Of a stretch of DNA of 64,000 nucleotides, positions 57,512 through 64,000 are shown piece by piece. The DNA lies in assembly GCA_038250515.1 (NCBI GenBank), contig JBBSCG010000005.1:548-64547 (forward strand). Reading direction: 5' to 3'. The notes beneath the pieces were generated by a model. The model did no database searches. It had not been told where the DNA came from and worked only from the letters and a program-made list of their open reading frames with translations. Source of the DNA: Candidatus Limnocylindria bacterium. Its GTDB lineage: Bacteria > Chloroflexota > Limnocylindria > QHBO01. Position 1 is the stretch's first letter; every line of letters starts with the position of its first letter. The position numbers were made by a program, and so were the translations under genes.

Positions 57512-58489
57512 TCAGGACTCCTCGACCGATGCGCCGACGCCGCTCGGCAACTCATCGGACGTGATGCCGCAGACTTCGAGTGAGTTGGCGAGATCCGGCG
57601 GTAGCTCGCTCCAGGCGACAAGATAGGCCTGATCCAGCGGGCGCTCCAGCCCCAGGCGCTCGGCGTGCAGAAACTGCCGCTCCAGTCCGCCCGGACCGAT
57701 GCCGCCGCCGTAGCGCATGTCGCCAGCGATCGGCAGGTGCAGGTAGGCGAGATGCGCGCGAATCTGGTGCGTGCGTCCGGTACGCGGATGCAGGCTCAGC
57801 AGCGAGTAGCCGCCCTCCGCGCCGAGCACCTCGTAGTCCGTGACGGCCTCCCGGCCGCCGGCCACCACCGCCATGCGCTGCCGGTCCCGCGGATCTCGTC
57901 CGACCGGCGCCTCGATCCGCCCGCGCAGTGCCGGTGGGGCGCCACGCACCAGCGCGACGTACTGCTTGTCGATGGTGCGCTCGCCGAACTGGCGCATGAG
58001 GCTCGCCTGCGCCGCATCGGTCTTGGCCACCAGCAGGAGTCCCGAGGTGTCCTTGTCGAGCCGGTGCACGATCCCCGGGCGCTCGACTCCCGCGATGCTG
58101 CCGAGCGGCTCACCGGCGTCCCGGGCGCGTCCGAGCAGTGCGTGCACCAGCGTGCCGGTCGCATGTCCCGCCGACGGGTGGACCACCAGTCCGGCCGGCT
58201 TGTCGACGATCAGCATCGCGGCGTCTTCGTACGCGATGCGTAACGGAATCGACTCCGGCACGAGGGTCGGATCCGGCGGCGCCGACAGAGTCACGGTGAT
58301 CTCCTCGCCACCGCGCATCCGGTCGCTGGCGCGCGCCCGGCGACCGTTCAGCAGCGCGCGGCCGTCCGAGATGAGCCGCTGTGCATGGGCGCGGCTGATC
58401 TCGGCCACGGCGCTGACCGCAAGATCGAAGCGGCCGGCCGGACCGGCGCCCGATACGGTCCGTTCGCCGATCTCGGAAGCATCCGTCAT
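57512..58489 (-). CDS. rluD: RluA-family 23S rRNA pseudouridine synthase (RluD-like) with an S4 domain
   Basis: S4 N-terminus and HRLDKDTSGLL catalytic motif. Confidence 0.9.
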   Translation of the reverse strand: MTDASEIGERTVSGAGPAGRFDLAVSAVAEISRAHAQRLISDGRALLNGRRARASDRMRGGEEITVTLSAPPDPTLVPESIPLRIAYEDAAMLIVDKPAGLVVHPSAGHATGTLVHALLGRARDAGEPLGSIAGVERPGIVHRLDKDTSGLLLVAKTDAAQASLMRQFGERTIDKQYVALVRGAPPALRGRIEAPVGRDPRDRQRMAVVAGGREAVTDYEVLGAEGGYSLLSLHPRTGRTHQIRAHLAYLHLPIAGDMRYGGGIGPGGLERQFLHAERLGLERPLDQAYLVAWSELPPDLANSLEVCGITSDELPSGVGASVEES

Positions 58490-58995
58490 GCCGTCGCTTC
58501 CTCGCGATGGCGATCGATGATGAGCAGGTACACCACCAGCAGACCAATCCCAATCACGATCGACGAATCAGCGACGTTGAAGGTCGGCCAGCGCGTGCCG
58601 CCGATGCCGACCGACAGGAAATCGGTCACGTAGCCCTGCCGCAGCCGATCGGTCAGATTGCCGAGCGTGCCGCCCAGGATGAGGCCGAGGATCACCTGCA
58701 GCCAGCGGCTATGACTGCGAAACGCTCGGTGGAAGTACACGATCATGCCCAGCGCCACGACGCTAACCACCAGGAAGAGCAGCTGGCCGCCCTGGAACAG
58801 GCTGAAGGCCGCGCCGGCGTTCTGTGCATGCCAAATCTGAACGAGATCGCCGATGATGTCGACCGAGTCGCCGACGGGGATGCTGGCGACGACCAGCGCC
58901 TTGGTGATCAGATCGGCGGAATAGATCACGGCGCCCGTTCCCAGCAGGGCGAGCGCATCCGCCCGCCCGTTGGAGTATGGCGTCTCGCTGCTCAT
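58486..58995 (-). CDS. lspA: Lipoprotein signal peptidase II
   Basis: 4 TM helices with conserved NxGAAFS and FNVAD motifs. Confidence 0.9.
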   Translation of the reverse strand: MSSETPYSNGRADALALLGTGAVIYSADLITKALVVASIPVGDSVDIIGDLVQIWHAQNAGAAFSLFQGGQLLFLVVSVVALGMIVYFHRAFRSHSRWLQVILGLILGGTLGNLTDRLRQGYVTDFLSVGIGGTRWPTFNVADSSIVIGIGLLVVYLLIIDRHREEATA

Positions 58996-59098
58996 CGTCC
59001 GCTAGATGCTACGCGATTGGGTCGAACGTGGCGCCGTCGACCCGATGTCGGCTAGCAGCCGGTCGGCCTCGTCGCGGAATCTGCCGGGAACCGCACCC

Positions 59099-62000
59099 TC
59101 ACGGCGCTCGGCGCACCGCCATCCGAAGCATCTCCCCGTCGAGTGACACGTCCTCGGTTCGGTCAGCGTCGGCGAGCGTGGCCTCGGTGCCGAGCTCGAG
59201 CGAGGTCGCCAGCGTCTCCTCGGCCAGCCAGGCACGGAACGGCGTGAGGCGTGCGACCGTCGCGGCATCAGCGCCGATCGTGACCGAGATCCGGTCGCTG
59301 ATCTCGTAGCCGGCTGCCTTGCGCAGGTTCTGCAGCCGATGCGCGACCTCACGGGCCAGCCCCTCGGCTGCCAGCGCGTCATCGAGCGTCGTGTCGAGCG
59401 CGACGAGCAGATCCGTCTCCTCGGCGACCTCGTGCCCGGGGCGCGCCCTGGCGGTGAGCTGGAACTCGTCCATTTCGAGGGTCACGCCGCCGACCTCCGC
59501 GCGGCCGTCGTCGAGCAGCCGCCACCCACCGGACCGCGCGCCGGCCATGACGGCGCCCACGGCGCGACCGTGCCGCGGGCCGATGACCGGCAGCAGCGGG
59601 TACAGCGCGCGCTCGACCATCTCGGATTCGTCGGGGATCACCTCCAGCACCTTGACGTTCAGCTCGTCGAGGACCTGCTCGCGCAACGCGGCCGCAGTTG
59701 CCGCATCGGGCGACAAAGCGCCGTTCACCGCAGCGGGAAGCTTCACGCGCACGGCACGCAGTGGCTGCCGCGTACGCACCTTCGAGGCGGCGCGCGCGGT
59801 ATGCCCCAGCCCGACCACGCGTCGCGACAGCGCCACCGCCTCGTCGAGCGCCTTGTCATGGCGGCCGGCCACGCGCTCCGGGTATGACGCGAGGTGCACG
59901 CTGTCCGGCGCGTCCTCGTCGACCGAGACGACCAGGTTGCGCCACATGGCATCGGCGAGATGCGGAACGAACGGCGCGAGCAGCCGCGCCAGGGTAGTCA
60001 GCACCTCGTGCAGCGTGGCGTAGGCGACCTGCTTGTCGGCATCGAGCTCGCCCTTCCAGAAGCGGCGACGCGAGCGGCGCACGTACCAATTCGAGAGGTC
60101 CTCGACGAAGCGCTCGATGGCCCGCGCACCCGACGCCGCGTCATAGCCGTCGAGTGCCTGCCGGACCTCGCCGACCAGCGCGTCGAGGCGCGACAGGATC
60201 CATCGGTCCAGCAACGTCCGCGCAGCGGACGCATCGGTCTCATGCTGCGGCGTCCAGCCGTCCAGCCGAGCGTAGTTGGCGAAGAACGCGTAGGTGTTCC
60301 ACAGCGGCAGGAAGAAGCGTCGCACGACGTCCGCGCCGGGGCCGTAGCCGAAGTTGACGTTGATCGCCGGATTGGCGGAGGCGAACATCCAACGCATGGT
60401 GTCGGCGCCGATGTGGTCGGCCGCCTCGTCGAACGGGATGGAGTTGCCCGAGCTCTTATGCATCTCCTCGCCATGCTCGTCGCGCATCAGCGCGTGGCCC
60501 AGCACCACGTTCGTCGGTGTGCGGTCCGTCATCACCGTTGACATGGTCAGCAGCGCATAGAACCAGTTGCGGAACTGGCCGGGAAACGACTCGACGATGA
60601 AGTCGGCAGGGAACCACTCCTGCCAGCGCGCGCGGTCGGTGGTCCAGCCCATCGTCGAGTACGACACGATGCCGGCATCAAGCCACGGGTTGCCGACGTC
60701 GGGGATACGGCGCGCCCGACCACCACAGGCCGCGCACTCCACTTCGACCGCGTCGATCCACGGCTTGTGCGGCGCGTGGCCCTCGAACTCGTCCCAGCCG
60801 GCAACCGCGCGCTTTCGCAGCTCGTCCCTCGAGCCGATCACTTCCCACGCGGCGCATTCGTTGCAGACCCAGATCGGCAGCGCCAGTCCGTAGTAGCGCT
60901 TCTTGCTGATCATCCAGTCGCCCATGTTTCGCAACCAGTCGAGCTCGCGGTCCTCGAGGCCGATGCCCTCCGGCAACCAGGTCGCCTGGCGGGTCACGTC
61001 GGAAATGGGAGCGCGCAGCGGGTCCATGGCAATGAACCACTCGTCAACCAGCCGGAACAGCAGCTCGGTACCGCAGCGCCAGCAGACCGGATAAGAATGG
61101 GTGTACTGCTCGCGCCGGACCAGCAGCCCCTTACGCTCAAGGTCCTCGGCGACGGCCTCGGCCATGTTGGCGCCGGGCTCCTCACTCCGCCCCGCGTAGC
61201 GGCCGCTCTGCCAGCCATAACCGGGGCCAAACACGCCGAACTGGTCGATCGGATCGAGCACGGCAAGGTTCTCGATCTTCGACACGGCGAAGTCCGCCTG
61301 GCCGCAGCCGGGTGCCATGTGCACGATGCCGGTCCCCTCCTCGTCGGACACCTCGTCCCAGGCGACGACGCGATGCTCGACACCCTGCTGGATCGGCAGC
61401 TCGTCGAATGGGCCGCGGTAGTGCAGCCCGATCAGCTCGCTCCCCCGCGCCTCGCGCACGACCCGAGCGTCCGGCGCGACGCGTCCAAGCGATCCGCGGC
61501 TCAGCCACCAGCGACGGCCGTTGCTTCCCGCGACCAGCAGGTAGCTGAGCTCCGGGTTGACTGCCGCCGCGACGTTGCTCGACAGCGTCCACGGCGTCGT
61601 GGTCCAGACCAGCAGCGACTCGTTCTCGTGGCCGACATCGGTCAACGGAAGCTCGATGCTCAGCGACAGGTGCGTGAGCTCGCGGTAGCCCTCGGTGGCG
61701 ATCTCCATGTTCGACAGGCCGGTGCCGCAGCGCGGGCACCACGGCATCACGTCGTGGCCCTTGTAAACGAGCCCGCGGCGATGGCACTCGGCCAGGAAGG
61801 CCCAGATCGTGTAGTTGTTCTCGTCCGAGTTGGTGAAGTAGCTGTGCTCCCAGTCCATCCACATGCCGAGACGCTTGCTCTGCTCGGTGATGAGCGCCGC
61901 GAACTTGTCGACACGCTGCTTGCACAGCTCCACGAACCTGTCGACGCCGAACGCCTCGATGTCACGCTTGTTGGTGAAGCCCAGCTGCCGCTCGACCTCG

Positions 62001-62284
62001 ACCTCGATCCACAGTCCCTGGCAGTCGAAGCCGTTCTGGTAGCGCTGCCGCTGGCCGAGCATGGTGTGGTAGCGCTGGTAGAGGTCCTTGTAGGTGCGTC
62101 CCCAGGCGTGGTGCACCCCCATCGGGTTGTTGGCCGTAATCGGACCGTCCAGGAAGCTGAAGCGCTCATCGCTGTGCGCATTGCGCTCGAGGTAGCGCTC
62201 CATCGTCCGGCCCGCGCGCCAGACCTCGATCGTCTCCCGCTCGACGGCGGGAACATCCAGCTTGCTCGATACCTGCCTGAACAC
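59099..62284 (-). CDS. ileS: Isoleucyl-tRNA synthetase (type 2)
   Basis: Class I motifs (PMGVHHAWG, KMSKS-like region), CP1 editing domain and anticodon-binding domain. Start GTG 62284 with a GGAG SD; the track ORF start at 62356 lies upstream of a terminator-like hairpin and is rejected. Confidence 0.9.
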   Translation of the reverse strand: MFRQVSSKLDVPAVERETIEVWRAGRTMERYLERNAHSDERFSFLDGPITANNPMGVHHAWGRTYKDLYQRYHTMLGQRQRYQNGFDCQGLWIEVEVERQLGFTNKRDIEAFGVDRFVELCKQRVDKFAALITEQSKRLGMWMDWEHSYFTNSDENNYTIWAFLAECHRRGLVYKGHDVMPWCPRCGTGLSNMEIATEGYRELTHLSLSIELPLTDVGHENESLLVWTTTPWTLSSNVAAAVNPELSYLLVAGSNGRRWWLSRGSLGRVAPDARVVREARGSELIGLHYRGPFDELPIQQGVEHRVVAWDEVSDEEGTGIVHMAPGCGQADFAVSKIENLAVLDPIDQFGVFGPGYGWQSGRYAGRSEEPGANMAEAVAEDLERKGLLVRREQYTHSYPVCWRCGTELLFRLVDEWFIAMDPLRAPISDVTRQATWLPEGIGLEDRELDWLRNMGDWMISKKRYYGLALPIWVCNECAAWEVIGSRDELRKRAVAGWDEFEGHAPHKPWIDAVEVECAACGGRARRIPDVGNPWLDAGIVSYSTMGWTTDRARWQEWFPADFIVESFPGQFRNWFYALLTMSTVMTDRTPTNVVLGHALMRDEHGEEMHKSSGNSIPFDEAADHIGADTMRWMFASANPAINVNFGYGPGADVVRRFFLPLWNTYAFFANYARLDGWTPQHETDASAARTLLDRWILSRLDALVGEVRQALDGYDAASGARAIERFVEDLSNWYVRRSRRRFWKGELDADKQVAYATLHEVLTTLARLLAPFVPHLADAMWRNLVVSVDEDAPDSVHLASYPERVAGRHDKALDEAVALSRRVVGLGHTARAASKVRTRQPLRAVRVKLPAAVNGALSPDAATAAALREQVLDELNVKVLEVIPDESEMVERALYPLLPVIGPRHGRAVGAVMAGARSGGWRLLDDGRAEVGGVTLEMDEFQLTARARPGHEVAEETDLLVALDTTLDDALAAEGLAREVAHRLQNLRKAAGYEISDRISVTIGADAATVARLTPFRAWLAEETLATSLELGTEATLADADRTEDVSLDGEMLRMAVRRAP

Positions 62285-62293
62285 GTTCACTCC

Positions 62294-62324
62294 AACAAAA
62301 AACCCGTCCCACGTCCGGGACGGG
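62294..62324 (-). terminator. Strong stem-loop + U6 tract (CCCGUCCC-ggacgu-GGGACGGG-UUUUUUGUU) between the upstream membrane-protein gene and the ileS RBS
   Basis: 8-bp perfect GC-rich stem. The U-tract ends 6-8 nt before the GGAG SD of ileS. Confidence 0.6.
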
Positions 62325-62389
62325 ACCCTCCCGCGGTCGCGATGGTCGCAGCGCACGCCCCGGCTGTCAATCCGAGCCCTCCGGCGAAC

Positions 62390-63505
62390 CTAGGAGATCA
62401 GCGCGCGACCGACGACCACCAGCGCAAGGACGGCCGCCGCGACCACCAGCGGCACCAGCCGCGGCCACCACACGCGGGCGCCGATTGCGCCGAGCGTGCC
62501 CGCTGGACCGGTCAGCACGATGGCCAACACGAGGTTGCGCGCCGCGTCGCCGTGCGCCTGCCCTCCGGCCACCGCAATCAGCCAGGCTGCCGCCGCGCAG
62601 GCCAGCGGAACGAGCAGGAGGCCGATCGAGGCAACGCTCGCCCGCGGCAGCCGTGTCCACGCCGGTCGCGCCCACGCGAGCCGCGGCCAATTACGGGCAG
62701 GCCGTGATAGGGCTTCGGATGCCGAAAGCCTGGACGGCGCTGCAGCGCGGGCCGCCTGCTCCGCACGACGCTCTGCCTCCGCCGCGGCCAGTGCGACCGC
62801 GCGCTGCGCGGCCAGCCGCTCCTCCAGCTCGACCCGCTCGATCCCGGTCAGCACACGGGGTGGCAGCGGCGCCGCCGGTTCAGGCGGAAGCGTAAGCGGT
62901 GCGACGCGCGCAACCGCAGCCGGCGCAACCGCAGCCGGCGCAACCGCGACCGGCCGGTGCGCCCGCGTGGCCTCGAGGCGCTGCTGAACGCGCGCCGCGG
63001 CGGACAGCGCCGCGATGAGCTCAACCTCGGATCGCGGCACGATCGCCAGACGGATCCCCTCAGTCGGTACCAGGATCAGCGTCTCGCTGGGTGCCAGGCG
63101 GATGATCTCGATGCGCTCCTCCCCGCGCAGCCTGGCCCGGCCAAATGTCCAGCCGAACGCGCCGAAGCGGACGCGCAGCGAGACCGCCGACGGTCCCTGC
63201 AGCGCGACGCGGGTCACCGGGCCGCGCACGAGGGTGAAACGGCGCGCGCCGCCGAGCCAGTGCAGCCGAATCGCCGCAACCTCGACGTCCAGCCGCAGCG
63301 TGACCAGGATCACGGCCAGCCAGGCGGCCAGCACCACTGTCGCGATGCCTGCCAGTCCCAAGCCGGCTCCCGCCCATCCACCGAGCACCAACGCGACAGC
63401 GGCGGCGACGGCGCCCAGCAGGATCGCGATCAGCGGCGCCGCGAGCAGGCGACGCGCCGATCGAGCGAGGGGGACGCGAGCGATCGAAACGGTCTCGTCA
63501 GGCAT
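62390..63505 (-). CDS. Membrane protein: N-terminal TM hairpin + bacterial PH (bPH_2/YdbT-like) domain, Ala/Pro-rich coiled-coil linker, C-terminal TM helices; hypothetical
   Basis: Start at internal ATG 63505 (MPDETVSIARVPL). Hydrophobic segments at both ends. AVAPA pentapeptide repeats. Confidence 0.55.
   Translation of the reverse strand: MPDETVSIARVPLARSARRLLAAPLIAILLGAVAAAVALVLGGWAGAGLGLAGIATVVLAAWLAVILVTLRLDVEVAAIRLHWLGGARRFTLVRGPVTRVALQGPSAVSLRVRFGAFGWTFGRARLRGEERIEIIRLAPSETLILVPTEGIRLAIVPRSEVELIAALSAAARVQQRLEATRAHRPVAVAPAAVAPAAVARVAPLTLPPEPAAPLPPRVLTGIERVELEERLAAQRAVALAAAEAERRAEQAARAAAPSRLSASEALSRPARNWPRLAWARPAWTRLPRASVASIGLLLVPLACAAAAWLIAVAGGQAHGDAARNLVLAIVLTGPAGTLGAIGARVWWPRLVPLVVAAAVLALVVVGRALIS
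62911..62955. repeat. 15-bp tandem repeat x3 (caaccgcagccggcg, third copy degenerate), in frame inside the membrane-protein gene
   Basis: Copies at 62911-62925, 62926-62940 and 62941-62955. Encodes the (AVAPA)n repeat. Confidence 0.7.
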
Positions 63506-63510
63506 CGGTC

Positions 63511-64000
63511 CTAGGCTTTCTCGGTGACCCGATACTCGAGGTAACGTCCCGTGAGCAGGCGCGTCTGCGCGTCGAGCGCCGGCAGGTTGCTGAAGAAGAT
63601 GCCCACGAACGGCAGCCCAATCCATTGCAGGTAGCTGATGATGCGGGTGAACCGGCCCCAGTGCTCGGGCCGCGGTGGCACGATGCGGTGCTCCACCCAC
63701 ACCAGGACAAAGAGCGCCACGAGCCCGAGGCTCAGCATGGTCGAGGCGTAGAGCGGCAGGTTCTGGCCAAGCGTCGTCTCCGCGAACGCGGGGTTGATCA
63801 GCAACGGCACGGTTGCGCCGAACATGATGACGAAGGGCGCAATCGCCCAGTTGATGTGCTCGCCGAACAGGTTGGTCACGCGCCAGACACGCGACGAGAG
63901 CGCGATCTCCGAATGTCGGAAGGCGTTCTGCACGACGTACGGGATGTCAGTCACACCCCACGCCCAGCGTCGCGCCTGCATGTACTGCGTCGCCAGCGAA
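63511..64000 (-). CDS. 3'-terminal part of a processive family-2 glycosyltransferase (cellulose/chitin/PNAG-synthase-like), 5' end outside the window
   Basis: QxxRW motif (QARRWAWG) followed by C-terminal TM helices. The reading frame is open to the window edge. Confidence 0.5.
   Translation of the reverse strand, partial: SLATQYMQARRWAWGVTDIPYVVQNAFRHSEIALSSRVWRVTNLFGEHINWAIAPFVIMFGATVPLLINPAFAETTLGQNLPLYASTMLSLGLVALFVLVWVEHRIVPPRPEHWGRFTRIISYLQWIGLPFVGIFFSNLPALDAQTRLLTGRYLEYRVTEKA

Noticed and set aside
62285-62389. T-box riboswitch upstream of ileS
   Set aside because: ileS is a classic T-box-regulated gene and there is a terminator hairpin. However, the whole spacer is only about 105 nt and nothing resembling the T-box sequence (AGGGUGGNACCGCG) or a specifier-loop stem I is present. 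Called a simple terminator/attenuator hairpin instead.
1-64000. CRISPR arrays, IS elements/transposases, integrases, prophage or toxin-antitoxin modules
   Set aside because: No direct-repeat/spacer arrays, no inverted terminal repeats and no transposase- or integrase-like ORFs were seen. The window is uniformly core-genome in content and GC.

Overview
This 64-kb window is about 70% GC and is densely packed core-housekeeping chromosome from a high-GC Terrabacteria-type bacterium (gene order resembles Actinomycetota/Chloroflexota/Firmicutes conserved clusters). I call about 65 protein genes, 61 of them on the minus strand in one almost unbroken co-directional run from about 63.5 kb down to 1.4 kb. 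Only chaA, a LysM-transglycosylase, rpmB and a BON-domain gene are on the plus strand. Reading the minus strand from high to low coordinates, the content is:
- a processive GT2 synthase (partial) and a PH-like membrane protein;
- ileS, lspA, rluD, gmk, priA, def, fmt;
- a Zn-metallopeptidase, rlmN, rpe, a lipoprotein, dtd;
- recG with a small P-loop kinase, rsmD, coaD, a DivIVA-like coiled-coil protein, yceD, rpmF, plsX, nusB, acpP;
- rnc, smc, ftsY, ffh, a DUF3352 protein, rpsP, a KH protein, rimM, trmD, rplS, rnhB, yraN;
- rpsB, tsf, pyrH, frr, uppS, cdsA, dxr, rseP;
- nusA, ylxR, infB, rbfA, nrnA, truB, ribF, rpsO, pnp;
- UDG, rnj, ftsK, rodZ, yajQ, cinA, a MurC-like ligase.
No rRNA, tRNA, CRISPR or mobile elements were recognised. 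Operons are extremely compact, with many 1- to 17-nt start/stop overlaps and frequent GTG/TTG starts (the ORF track prints these as M). The most unusual object is the polynucleotide phosphorylase gene: it encodes an 870-aa PNPase with a complete DnaQ-like DEDDh 3'-5' exonuclease domain inserted into its all-alpha linker domain, an architecture I do not recognise as described. Secondary observations:
- a recurring extended -10 promoter box TGnTATACT upstream of several ribosomal/translation operons;
- terminator-like hairpins plus U-tracts sitting immediately upstream of the nusA and ileS ribosome-binding sites;
- nusA lacking rimP/proS/polC upstream, and nusB sitting where fabD/fabG normally are;
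- uppS lacking a canonical start codon for its conserved N-terminus;
- in-frame 15-bp tandem repeats in two genes;
- apparently leaderless divergent promoters at the window start.
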